A stretch of DNA of 64,000 bases. Source: Puccinia triticina (taxonomy: Eukaryota). Below are positions 1 through 12,799 of this stretch, piece after piece. The notes under the pieces were generated by a model. The model had not been told where the DNA came from. It ran no database searches and was given only the letters and a program-made list of their open reading frames with translations. Numbering within the stretch: the first letter of the stretch is position 1; every line of letters starts with the position of its first letter. The DNA is taken from the NCBI GenBank assembly GCA_026914245.1, contig CP110440.1, positions 2,914,001 through 2,978,000 of the forward strand, in the 5' to 3' direction. Both the position numbers and the translations under genes were made by a program.

Positions 1-510
1 ACAGTTGATCACAATCATGCAGGACCCCAATTTGCGGCAACACCCTCCTCCTCCCCCAGCTCAATTTGAGGAAGTCCTGCCAGCCCCACCTGCAGATCCT
101 CCAAATTTTGCTTGGTTTGCGTTTGTTCCTAACCCGGTAGCACCAATCCCTCAGTTGCGTCCGGGCAAGACCTGGCAATTGGCAAGCAGAAATCCTCAGC
201 AGGGGCAACTGGTGCCCTTTCCGTTGTACAAGCACCCGGTGGATGTGGGAGGAGGCCGGGGTAAAAATTTGGTTTATTTGGAGCCACCAAAGATTGCTGA
301 ATTATGGTTCTCCGGTGATCCTCAACATTTGTCCCGTTTTCTCCAGTTGATCCAAGACTAACTCTATCCTCAAGAGGATTTCTTCTTGTCTCAGGCCTGG
401 ATAATTGTTTGGATCTCTCAACATTTTGGCTTTAAGCCTTCTGATGGGAACCAAGACTCTAGCCCCGCCAAGGATTGGTACACCTCTGTCATCCTCTCCA
501 ACACTAGAGT
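1..510 (+). pseudogene. Degenerate retrotransposon gag-like fragment
   Basis: Pro-rich N-part, then PPKIAELWFSGDPQHLSRFL...IIVWISQHFG...DWY across an in-frame stop at 359-361. Resembles capsid-like gag starts. Ends near a C21 run (526-546). Confidence 0.4.
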
Positions 511-708
511 CCAGAACTCATTCTTCCCCCCCCCCCCCCCCCCCCCTCCCCTGCCTTCCCCTCAACCACCTCCCCCTACAACTTACTCCTTAGTGTAACG
601 TGGTTAGGCGTATGGCTATACCTAATGGACAGCTGGGTGTATGATTATGCATATCAAAAGACCATGAAATTGAGGGATAGCCAAGGTCACATTGGGGGAA
701 AATCTGAT

Positions 709-2380
709 TACATCTTCTCATTGGATTGTATGTGGAAAGCGTTGTGAAGTATGGAGTCTAATAGTATGTGTAAAGTCTCCTTCTTGAATTGTTCATAGGT
801 AACGTTATTGGGGGAACCAGTAAACTTAAGCATGCAGGGTCTTATTGTCAGTATTGTTGAGTGGGAATTGATCAAATCCCACCAGAATTTTGAAAAGGAC
901 TGGCTTAATTTGGCAAGGGTGGGTTTTATCTCCTTATCACGGAATGCTACATTGGCAAATGATTTTGCAAATCCTTCAAAATCTTGCCAGTTTTCAATTA
1001 TTGACTTGATTAGATGAAGAACAAATTATACATCACGCGGTAACCACTTGTGATTAATTGGTCTAACTGAGATCATCTTACATTTATCCCAGGTTTGTTT
1101 CCAATGAGAGGTAGGAAACTATACCATTGGAATTTGAATAATTTGGTGAAGTAATTGGCAATGTCTTCTGCACCATCTGTGCTGGGGAGGAATGCGTTGC
1201 TCAATGACGGGAGATTGAGTCTCTCTTTGGGATTGTTAAAGGCAATGTCATACAGAATAGTTTGTACAAAAGCAGGTTGGCTTCTGTATTCAATTAGGAT
1301 TTCTGGTGTTGGCTCAGTCAGTAGTGTCACTTTGTAAGCGGTTGTAGTCAGTTGCTCATTTGCACCTTTATAACCTATGAAAGTAACAGTAGATCATGGA
1401 GAACACACCATGGAACACTGTCTGTGGTGCCCACGCCTTGCAGGGGGGACAGGAGGTATAATGAAAGGATCTTTGTAAAGGGTGGCGCCCCCTTCACGCT
1501 TACTGCCACCACAGGGGTGAATGTGGGATCGGATTGCAACACATTGGAGGCGAGAAAGCAATATTGGACAAGCCAGTTGAGACATCTTGTTAAAGAACTC
1601 ACCAGTGGGTATCACTTTGGAGTGAGCAAAACAGCAATCATCCGGCGCTTGGCCGGGAACCAAAAGCCCTTGTCTGCCAAGACCCTTGGCAATTTTGCGG
1701 CGCAAAGAAGCAACCTTGGGTGAGCCGTTGATGGGTCGCTGCCTCTCAGGTCCATGATGCAAGGAGACCGCATGTTGTGTTCCAATGTTGGCTTTGCATG
1801 GAGACTTTGCTGGATAGGTGTTCATCTGGTCCAAGATTGGGCTGGGAATTGGACAAAACTGAACCAGACTTTCTCTGGTCATTGGTCAAAGACAGCCGGC
1901 TATATTAGATACGTAGCACAGTTGACTCACTCAGCACTAATTTGGTAGTGATGATTGCCACAGGGTCAGCAAGCCAAGGAGTGCGCTGGACCACGTCCAT
2001 TCAGCTCTGCAAGTCAGTCCAGGGGATTTCTGCGGAATATTGGGTATTGCAAAGCGCAAGGATGGTTGAATGATATGGACTGTTCAATTCTGATGATCAA
2101 AAGCAACGGGCCGGGGTGGAAATGTTTGTACAGCCAACAGGTTTCTTTGAAGGTGGAGAGTGAACGGCGCAAAGGTTGTACGCACCTGAAAGACGCTCCC
2201 CTGTGGATTTTTCACACTGTTTTGCCCCTTCCTTCCTTATGGTTGCATATTTATTTAGATATATCTGCAAACAAAGGTCGGCCCCATTGATGTGTTTATT
2301 GATTGTATCTTTGATATATTTATTAGCAAATTGTAAGTTTTTTTGCATTGGAGTCTCCGACCATAATATTTTGTCCAAAC
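709..2380 (-). pseudogene. Fragmented coding remnant of unknown function
   Basis: Several consecutive minus-strand open stretches (2097-2378, 1073-1330, and ~100 codons HLIKSIIENWQDFEGF...NEKM* ending near 709). No recognised domain. Confidence 0.3.
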
Positions 2381-2424
2381 AGGCCTGGGGCGGTGAGCAG
2401 GCTTAAACCATGCCGGTCATATCT

Positions 2425-2747
2425 TGTTAGACGACTGGTCAAGATTGCATAGTACATGTCCATACTATGTACTTATCCGCCAGCCAAACCTAGTATCATG
2501 AGACCGCTTGTTCCCGAAACCTAACCTTGTATGTAGACTATATGCGGTAGCCCGGCCCGGCTCCTATTCTCTTTCCTCATTGAGATTAGGAGACCGGACC
2601 CAGACGTGTGGAGAGCTTACCACATCGTGCTATCGTTGTATAGGTTAGTGTTTTATCATGCAATCTTATCGAGATTAGGAGACCGGACCCGGAGGTGTGG
2701 AGAGCTTACCACATTGTGCTATCGTTGTATAGCCCTGAGTCCTTATA
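2425..2747 (+). mobile_element. Solo LTR
   Basis: Starts TGTTAG and ends GAGTCCTTATA (compare GAGTCCTTACA at the end of the 43.5-kb LTRs). Flanks TATCT/CATCT match 4/5 as a TSD. Internal ~62-bp direct repeat (2582-2643, 2671-2732). Resembles the LTR at 61171. Confidence 0.65.
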
Positions 2748-5726
2748 CATCTCCAAAGACATGGTTCATTTAGAATGTGTTGCCAAGTGCAAGCGCCCAA
2801 TACTTCTATCTTGCTTGCAGTCTGAGTTTACCTTGAGCAAAGAGGAGGCAAGAGCATTGTTCTGGATGCTATCCTCAAAGCCTGGTGTACTCAATCTCCC
2901 AGTGACCAAGAAGGCAGCAGCTATGGCTAGCGCCATCTCTGTGAACAGGTGGAACAAGTGACCTGTGACTGCTTTCCCGTTAGAACACAACGACTAATTT
3001 TGATAAACAAGACTCTCTTTGAAATGCCTTGGTTATCTAACAAGAGAAAAGGTGTGGATGGGAGAAACAAAACAGAAGAGTAAAAGAACAAAGCAGATAA
3101 GGTAAGGGAGTCCATGATTGACGAGAGAGATGAAGATGACGCAGTGGTGCTGGATCCACTAGACAAGGGAGCGGGCTCAAGAGTGGGGAGGTGGAGTTTG
3201 ATGAACAAATGTACCCTGGCATATTAAATCTGCTGGTGGAGGGCTCCCTCAATCCTATCAAGTCATGCCTTGATCCGTCTGCACGGCCGTTTGGACCGCC
3301 TCTCCGCTTTTCTGAATGCGCTGTTCAGTTTCTTTTCCATATTGTGAAGAAGTATTTCCATTCTCTTTTCCGTATTGTGAAAATGCTGTTGGAGGGTGGG
3401 TGACACTGCTTCCTGTGGGTCTTATTCCAAAAAGAAAAAAGAGAAAAGAAGTCAGCAAGTAGGGGAAAAGGGGGAAGAAATTACCTTCTGAGTTGAAGCG
3501 TTGGGGGGAAGTGCTGAGGTTGTGCAGCTGTGAGGTGAACACCGATCCTGCAAACAGCAAGGCAGCATCTTCCAGGGCTTCTGCATTGGGAGTAGGAGCA
3601 GGAGGGGGGGTTCAGCACAACAGCCGATTGGAATTGAAACATGTGCAGCATCTTGAAATTTAACTGGGGGGATGGAACATATATATATGGTGATGAGACA
3701 AATCTTCAACAAATAATACGACAGAGTGCAGCAGAATGGCAAACGCGTGCGCAATCAGAAATCAGATCAAGTGATGGGGCCCGGGGGATGTGACACAAAA
3801 TGTAAATGGTGATGAGATGTGAGAGTGGGATGAGGGAGCAAGAAGGCTGGATCATTTTTATACTTGTCAATCTGCTGGCACACAAAGTCTAGTTAGATCT
3901 TGAAGAAGACAGCTGGCCTGTTCCTTCCTCTTGAACCTCTTGCTTCATCAATCCCAACAATTGTGTTGAGGGACACCAGGGACTGAAACTGAGAGGGCTA
4001 CCAATACTCACAAAGGGGGCTTGGCAGTGAAGATATGGATTAGATTCAGTGAGGAAGAAGAAACTGAGTGAGGAGCCGGTAGGCAAAAGTGATGGGCTAC
4101 TTGGTAGAAGCATATCTACATACAAGCATACAAGGACTACTAAACAGGATTCATCATCTCAACAGATTGCCAGCTCAAGCTGGTGCGGCAACGGTGCCTC
4201 TCCACCAGTCATGTGTCCAGGTCAAGATTGCATAACAACATCCATTTTTGGACCTGCTTTGTTTGCTTTTTTTTGGGGGGGTAAGGAGAGCGGCAACACC
4301 TGCGCATAAGAAACTGCCCGGTTAAACAAAACAAGAAAAAAACAAGGAACTTTATTGAAGCCTGATGCTTGTTGATGTGCTCAAGCCAGCTTTGGAGGAG
4401 CCAATGCTGATTGAATGAGTGTGGAAAGGCATCTTATCAATCTGCCCAGCCTATTGTCATTGCTTGGGCAGGGAGACAGAGGGAGAGGAGGTCCCTGCTT
4501 GAGGAGAGTAGGTCGGACAGACGGCACCCCTAATGGAGTGCACCGGCCCACTAGTGATCTCTCTTGCTATGGGCAAAGGTCAGGGATGGAGGGAGGTGCA
4601 GCCGTTGGTCCTGATCCATTTCTAGGCAAGCTCTGGCTGGGAAACATGGAGCACATTGTAAATCCAGCCAGGCGCCTTGACTCGGTTGCAAGTCTACGCA
4701 AACAAGCACCGGCCTCTTCATGCCGCCTAGTGCGCGGCGGAACATATTAAAATCCGCTCCCAAAACAGCTAACAGGCCCGCTTTGGCCCACCCTATCATT
4801 TTTCTTGCCCTGGGTCCAGGCTAACAAGCCCTCCAAGCTCATCATTACTCACTAAAACCAAGTTAGTCACTTCCAGCCCCCTTGGCCGTTCCACACTAGC
4901 ATGCAAACACGTCAAGGGTCCTGGGTTCACCATGGCGGCACACGGGCTGCACCAAACTGGCCTGTCCTCTGCCCTTACGGACAAACTTGGGTGCACTCTT
5001 ACATGTGAGCCTCCATTGAAGGCATGCTTGCAGTCCTGGGGTGGACTTGAGAAAAGAGAGTGCAGACTTGGTCCTTGAATCTCAAGCGCACATCCAATCA
5101 TTGGCATGGGTAAGCCTGCACTTCAGCAGCACTTGACATGCAGGCTGTGCTGACGGGTTTTTGGGTGCCCGTAAAAAACCTGAAGTGCGTTTAGGTCAAC
5201 TCTGAAGGTGAGTATGTGTAGAACATTGGGCATTCTGGTGCTGATTATTTATAGGTAACCCTAACCAATGGCTCTTTGGGCCAGATGACAAATATTGCGC
5301 CAATTATGACGTCAGATGCAATCACAGGCATTGCCATCATCAGAGGGATTTGCAGCCCTAAAATCCTGAAGGTGCTTGCCCCATGCGGTCATCAACCGTT
5401 GTGCATAGCAAGGTGGGCTTGACAAGCAGATGGGGCCCATGCTCTCCCCCGGCCGGCCTTGACGGCTTGACCCCCACCATTTTACATACACAGTTCTACA
5501 CAACTGCATGTTCATAGCTTACATACTGCCCTTTTACATATATCTGTGTGTATATATGTGGCTACATAACAACCAGCCAGCCTCAGATGTGGGTGTGCAG
5601 CAACCACAAGCCACTTATTACAGTAACCTAGCAACAATAAGCCACATTAATAAAGCGGCTTAGTAACCATGGGGCTGTGCAAGTCACTCAAGCAGACTAC
5701 ACAGCAATACAGAAAGCTGTGCAGGT

Positions 5727-5872
5727 TGTTGTAACCTTACCAGTTAGGTTACATATGGTGACACTTGCCTACCTCAAAAACCATACTATTGTCTTTGGAG
5801 ATGAGGCTGGATAGCCTTCTCTCTGGATCTTCACCGTTATCCATTACTCATGTCACATCAGGTCATGAGCCT
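5727..5872 (+). repeat. 5' LTR (134 bp) plus primer-binding site
   Basis: TG...CA ends. Same TGTTGTAAC start as the LTR at 38933. GGTCATGAGCCT at 5861 versus GGTTATGAGCCC at 31167. Confidence 0.65.
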
Positions 5873-6387
5873 GTAAATCTCGCCATACCAAAAAAAAAAA
5901 ACCATCACTCTACTCACCACAAGGTAGCTTTGAGGCAAGCTGAATTGACCTGTTTCTTTCTGTATCTTCAATTCTTGTCAGCAATCTTCACGGTATCCCA
6001 GTTTAGGGTGTAATTGACCGGCGCCCCTCTGCCTCTAGGATTTTCATTGCTTCCCTTAGGTTCTCCAGTGGATCTTCAGGGGTTTTCAGGTGTCTGTGTC
6101 TGTTTACTTGAAAGCCTGAGTTCTTCTTTGTTTTTCCCCACAACCTTCTCTGACTGCAGAAACACAAGAACGTTGCAATAAAGCTAAGCAGTACACCAAC
6201 ACTGTCAAATCTGCTCCCTGGCACGGGGCAGGGCTTAGATGCAACCTTGATATTCCAATATCTACTTCCTCTCTTCTAACTTTCTGGAGAACTCAAACAA
6301 TCAAGTAAGCAGCTTCAGGCTGCTCGCTTGCCTTGGTTGATTCTTTGGTCTACCTCCTTTCTTTTCTTCCTTTCCTCTTCTCTTTTT

Positions 6388-6782
6388 ATGTCCAACCCCA
6401 GCCAAACAGAGCCCCCTTCTGGATCTCAACGCCGCACTTTGGCCTGGTCAGGAAGATCTATTGCCAAACTCAGCGGCCAAGATCTTGTCAACGCAGTCAC
6501 AGCTTCAATTTGCAACACACCCCATTGACTGGACCAGACTTTTGGCCAAGCCTCTGACACCAACAGCCAGCCAACTGCTCCAACAAATAACCCGCCGGGA
6601 GACATCACCGACATCAATCAACAAATGCCAGGGGCCTGGCAGCAAACCCAACCAGCTACACCCAGGAACCAATACTACCCACAACTGCCACTGCTTCCAT
6701 TTTTCCATCCTCAAACGCGGACGCTGTTCTGACTGAACAACATTACGTTCCCCTCCTGCGTTCAACTTTCCCCCAGCCAATT

Positions 6783-6815
<33 letters not shown>

Positions 6816-9800
6816 CCCCCCTTCCTCCACCTCCCCCCCCTTCTTTTGTGTCACCAGCCCCATCAGCAGAAGCCAGAGAATCCCCCTCCAACATTGACAT
6901 TCCTCCAATCACCCACCACCAGCCTTGTTTTTGATTGATGCTCCACCCCACCTCTCTGCGGCACAACGCAGGGCTGACTTAGCCAAAGCCAAAGCGCAGC
7001 TTGAAGAGTCAAAGATTTTTGGTCAAGCAGTCCATGCAGCGACTTCAAACATCCCCACGGACAACATCCTGACTGCCGACAGCACAAACTTTGAAATATG
7101 GGCCCAAGAACTGGGTGAAAAAGCTGTGATCCACATCAGTGACAAGGATTTCTTCACAAAGACCAGGAAAAACTCAGTTCTTGAGAAGATTGGCCAAGCC
7201 ATCTTCCTTGAAATGGTCCACAAGTCACTGAAATCAGATGTCTATGGTGCAGCTTCCTGTCATGACTTGTTTGAACACATGTTTCAAAATTTTAAGTCAA
7301 TCAGTTGTGCTGCCCAGCTTGACTTGTTCTATCAATTTATTGAGTTCAAAAATTCAACAGACCCAATGGCGGCCGGTGTGGCTTTGCAACTGAATGGAAG
7401 AATCTGAAAGTTGTTTCAACTGCAGACGTCTTCATGGGCTTCATTCTTCAAAGCAGTATTGGCCGCAACACATTTCTTGGACAAGATTTTGATTGACGGA
7501 TCAAGTTGGAGCTCCAACCACCTACCAACTGTGTCACACCAACTCTTGACAGGCTGGTTCAGCTACTTGCAGCGTGCAAGCTACAGGACAACCACACACA
7601 GCCAGCTACCTCCACTCACTCACCAGCAATTCATTGTTTCTTGACTGATTTACCGCTTTTCAATCAAGCAGTGTTTCTGGCTGAAAAACCTGAAGTCAAG
7701 TGGCCAGCGGCACTGGAGTTCTAGCATGTCACGGCAAACAGGTGTTGGAGCTGCGGTGACGCCTCACACTACCTGCGGGACTGCCCAGCTCAATCCAAGT
7801 CAGCTCCGGTAAACCGTTGGCAGCGTGGACCTGGAGCACTGTTGCACCAACCTTTGCAAGTCCCTTGTCAACAAGCCCACCAAGCACCATTCCTGCCCTT
7901 GATTGGTGCAGTTTATCCGCCACCAATTTTTCCTTACGGTCTGCCCCGCCCAGTTTTCAGCATTGTCAGCTGTTCAATTCCAGCCATTTTTTCCAGCAAT
8001 ACCCAACACCCTACCCCCCTGCTCACGCTCAATTCCCAAATCAATTTGCCCAACCGCCCAATCAATCTTTGCGACCAGCAGACAGCTACCCTCCCACCCC
8101 AAATTAGCACCAGCGTCAACATCAGAGCCAGTCCAGATCCCGGCCAGGGCATCAAAGGGGGGGTGGGGCCTCAGCAAAGGAGGCCAACATCTCTGGTCTT
8201 CCAGATGGGTTGCGGACATTGACTTTGGTGCCATGATGGCAGAATTGGATGTGATTACCCCCGCCATAGTTGACTTGGGTGCTGCCCACCACCTCACAGG
8301 GGGTATCAATCTCCTCTGTAATTTTTGTCACTTAAAGCCCCTATTGCTTTGAATGTGGCAACGTCAGGAGCAGGAGCCTTCATATCAGGCGCTGGAGAAT
8401 TACGCTTCCAAGGGCCCAGAAACACTCCCATAGTTATATCTGGTGTATTATTCTGTGAGCAGGCTTGCTCTACTCTCATTTCCCTGGCGGTCCTCCGGAA
8501 AGCTAATTGATCTTTTATGTCCGCTCAAGTGATGAGTTTGTTATCTTTGACGCACAAGGCGCGCAAAAAACTTTGTTGCCCTTTTGAGCGGGTCAAAAAC
8601 AGATGGTGTATCCCGCATTTGATCACGAAACAACAGAATCATTGATCACACATTCTTCCCCCCAACACGGCGCACACATCTCCCCTCTTTTCTTCCTCAC
8701 CTTCACAGATTCCCTCCTCTGTTTGCCCCGTACCTTTTGTTGATTCCTCTACATTTTCTTCTTCTGTGTCTGCGAAATCTGTTCCTATCTCTCCTGTCCA
8801 GTCAAAATCAAAGGCCAAATTGCCAATTCTCCTGACACGGTTACGGTGCACACAAACGCAGCCAATGACCCTCTCGTTGCCCCGTTTGAAAGGGTTTATC
8901 CTTCCTCCTGGAGGGCTGAGTCCCTGACTGAAACTGAGAAAGTGCTTTTTTTCTGGCACTGGCTCTTTGGGCATGTTAGCCTGCGCAAGATTTGGTCCCT
9001 ACTTAAGCTAGATTGGGGTTCAGACTGACAGCTGATCTCCCACCTGGAAAAATCCACTGCCCTATATGTGCAATCACTAAAAGAACAAGGCTTAACCCCT
9101 GACAAGCACAATGAGGAAGCCAGAGCAGCTAGAAATTCTATGCACCAAGCTGATGGGGCCTTTACCGCTAGAATCAATCAACGGCACCAAATATCTTTTG
9201 ACTCTCCCTAATGTGGTGACTGGGTACTCTTATGTCCGCAGTCTGAAAGCCAAGTCAGAGGCGAATGATGTCCTCATGGAGATCATTTGGAGGCTTGAGA
9301 AGTAAACTAGTGAATCTGTGAAGATTCTGTGCAGCAATAACAGAGGAGAATTTGCCAGCAAACTTTCTCCAAATTTTTGAAAGAGAAAGACATTATTGCC
9401 AAGCAATCTCTATCTTACCACCATTATCAAAATGAGGTTGTGGAGCATTTCAATCACACTGTTGCAGACATGGGAAGAACTGTTTTGAGCAACAGTCAAC
9501 TACTGCGGAATTAGGCTTTCTTATGGGCCAACCACATTCTCAACCGGGTTTCAAACAAGGCCAGCAAAGGGAAGACGCCTTGTGAGGCAATGTTTGACAG
9601 AAAGTAACTTTGTCACAATCAAAAGTGCTGAATGCAAGTCAAAGTGGAACTCCAGCCAACAAAATGTCCCTGGACTTCATTGTGCAACAGATTACCCTGG
9701 GTAATTTTGTGAATGAGCTAGAATTTGACAATCAAGAATTGCTCATTGATGCAGTCCTCCAATCATGCGCGTTCTACAGAGTAGACATTCCTAAGACATA

Positions 9801-9883
9801 TAAACAGGCCATGAAGTCTGGTGACAAAGACAAATGGGCAGGGGCAATAGCCGAGGAGCTTTTGAACTTGTTGCGGGCAGCTG
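6388..9883 (+). pseudogene. Copia gag-pol pseudogene
   Basis: Gag (6925-7407) aligns with the 31996 ORF. Zinc knuckle CWSCGDASHYLRDC (~7743), protease AIVDLGAAHHLTG (~8263), pre-integrase WHWLFGHVSL (~8954), integrase LMGPLP...GTKYLLTL, RT start PKTYKQAM...W. Many stops and frameshifts. Confidence 0.9.
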
Positions 9884-12618
9884 TGTGGCGTGACCCGCTA
9901 CCAGTAACCCGCAACAAGTACTAGAAGGGAACGTAAGCCGGAATGGACCAGCCAGCAGAGTGCTTGGGCCAGCCAAAAGACTGCTCAGACCGGCCAGCAG
10001 ACTGCTTGGAACCGCCAACAGACTGCTAGGACCAGCTGGCAGACTGCTTGGGCTGTTGAGTACCCATCAAATCCAGTTTGATGTCTGGTCAGACCCAGCT
10101 GGGCCAATGTGCCAGACTCATCAAACCAGGTGGCTTAATTTAGCTGACCAACTGAGCCAGTGAGGTCCAAGTCATGGAGCTTCTTGGACATATTCTTGTC
10201 CAAGAAGTTGTCAGGTTATCTTAGCTTGAGTGGAGGAACTACTCCAACCAATCCAATCTGATTTCCACTTGGACATGGTTACTGCTCAAGCCAGGAAATT
10301 TGGAGTACCACTCATTGTTTTCTCTTGTAAGTATATTTCACCCATAGAAGGCCTCAAGATAAAACCACACAGATTCTACGGCCAAATTAACCCCTAGTCA
10401 CCACTAGAAGTGCAACTGACTCTCCGCTACACAGGAAGTTAGCCCTTTGGACAACCTGTAGTACCCAGTCAAACCCCTGTCACAAACCTCAAGTCACCTC
10501 TCCCCAATATACACATAATTTGACCTAATCCACTCTAATCCCACTGAATATATTAGTTTGTCCTTGTTCTGTAAGCACATGAGATCATTTAGCACTGCCC
10601 CTGCAGGCTGTGCCCCCGCATCCTAGAAATTTCTACCTCCACTTTTATTTGTTTTTACTGCATCACATGCCATTGTTCCCAACATCATGCATGCACTCCT
10701 TGCATAAATTGTACACAGCCCAGGCCCGCCAAAATCCCTCACTCAGGGCTCCCCTGGAGCTAAAATCCCTCACATTTGTCTATGAGGAGCCCTCTCCCCC
10801 CTCATGTGTAGTTCCTCAGTTTATTTACTCGCCAGTGATTCACTCACCACCTGGTACAACTTGCAACTATAGTCATAATAACCCCTACATATCAATAACA
10901 ACTCTTTATACGGTGTCTTGAACAAACTCATCTTGAGCATACCACTCCTATCACCTTATTAAAACTTGCCAAGCTGAGCTTGGTGGGTCTTGTAGCTGGT
11001 GGTATGGAAGGGCAGAGCTTGCACCTCCTTTATCCACTTCTCCATTCAACAAAAGGGTTCCACAACCACTTTTAAGTCTTACACCGTTTGACCAGTTCAC
11101 CATTTTTGACAAACAGGATTGGGCACTAGGGGTTCCACAGGGTATATTATAAACCCCTCCTACCAGTCACATCTCACAACCCGTTTGACCAGACAGCCTT
11201 TTTTGACAAACAGAGACACAAAAGTATAAGGTTTTTTTAGGCTATATAAAACCCCCCTTCAGTCATGATTGGGGGTTTGTCCTAACATCACAAACACACA
11301 GTATTCTCAATTGTCCACATTAAATTATGGTGTAATTCTTGAGGCAGATCAAGATTCTCATGGATCACCCACAGGTTACTTTGCAGAAATTCAGCTGCAG
11401 ACTCAGGGGGGGTCACCAATCAAAACCAGTACGCATTGACTCCACAGAGGCCCACTCTGAGGTGCCAATCCAGTTTTGAGATTGTTGGGGGGTGAAATTC
11501 TTGACAGCTGGGAATAAAGTATCCTTGCGGGTCTGATAGACAAGCCAGCAGAGTCTCTTGGTCAATCCAGAGAGCCCAGATTCACATTCCCCAGCTATAT
11601 GGCCATTTTGGTGGAACTTGTGTTTTTCTCATTTACCAAAGGGGAGTGCACACCAATTGCAAATAGTCATTGACGGTGTGGTAACCCTGTTCCTGTTCAT
11701 ACTATCACCCTCATATCACCAAAACCCTTCATAAATACCTCATTATTACTTCATATTCAGATTCTACACCCCAATTTACCCCTAGTCACCCACTCATTTC
11801 ACCTAGGATTTCCAAATGGATCAGCAGTTATTGGCATGTATAGTTTTGGCAGGTATTTTCTTCATACATATCCTTAGCATTATTACACACATCATTCATT
11901 AGTATCATAGCTACATAGGACTGCAGATCTTACATAACTTCATTACTCATTTTACCCTTCATATGAATCAGCAGTACATTCCTTCATAGTTCCTGTAGCT
12001 ATTATCAAATGCTCTTCATTATTTCATCTTCTACATACTTACCTTTCATGTACACTCCTTGGTCATTGCACCTTCATTATTACTGCTCATCTTCAGATTT
12101 TGTTACTATGTGCTCATCATGTATCACCCCCCTGTAGTACTTCTCACATATATAAACACCCCTCTAGATGTTGTATTCCCTTATCATGCACTTTCTACTA
12201 CATCCCCTTTGTAGCACCCTTTTAACATCACCCTTATATGCACTTTCTACTACATCCCCTCTGTAGCACCTTTTCATCACACTTAGATAAAATTTCATCA
12301 CTATACAAATATATCCCCCAGCATATATCTCACTACACATCTCAGAGTGACTCCCAAAGAGCTTCTGGTTTTCCCCTTCTCACTTCTCCTCTCTCACTCA
12401 GTAGGATTGATACACCTCAAACTCATAGAGTGTTAAAGTCATCTAAGTCAAAGAGAATCATCAGCCACACCCTTTTCTTTTTCTTAGTGTAACCCTCTCT
12501 CCATCAGCATTAGTCAAGAGGGCAGCCTCACCAGCACCTGTAGCCTCTTCTACATTATTAGTAGTGTAGTTGACTATTTCCCCTCACAGCTCTTTCCTGA
12601 TCTTTTAGGAGTTCCACA
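9884..12618 (+). mobile_element. Probable long (~2.7 kb) LTR or LTR-like non-coding segment
   Basis: Begins TGTGG where Copia RT homology stops and ends GAGTTCCACA (TGTGG...CCACA inverted ends). Non-coding, with TATA-like motifs and internal direct repeats. No TSD. Confidence 0.5.
9946..10052. repeat. 21-bp minisatellite, ~5 copies
   Basis: Consensus like GACCAGCCAGCAGACTGCTTG. Translates as (LLGPASR)n. Confidence 0.85.
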
Positions 12619-12799
12619 ACGGGTTGGTTGTTTGGTTGAGGAGAGAGGTTTAAAAGGCTTTGACCAGGCAATTCCCAGAGTACTGTCCCCCAGGTTCATC
12701 TGTTTCTGTTTTTCAGAAAGGAAAATGCTCAGTACACACAATGTATAGACAGGGGGAGGGGGGAAAGACTAACTCTGTTGGCATCTGTTGCAACATAGT

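Larger units (their letters stand above)
5727..9883 (+). mobile_element. Ty1/Copia LTR retrotransposon, 3'-truncated
   Basis: 5' LTR TGTTGTAAC...CATCA (5727-5860), followed by PBS-like GGTCATGAGCC. Domain order gag, CCHC, protease, integrase, RT start. Same family as 31026-39073. Confidence 0.85.

Noticed and set aside
6784..6813. C30 run (and C21 at 526-546) as functional elements
   Set aside because: They lie in Pro-rich gag-like regions of dead elements, and homopolymer length is unreliable.
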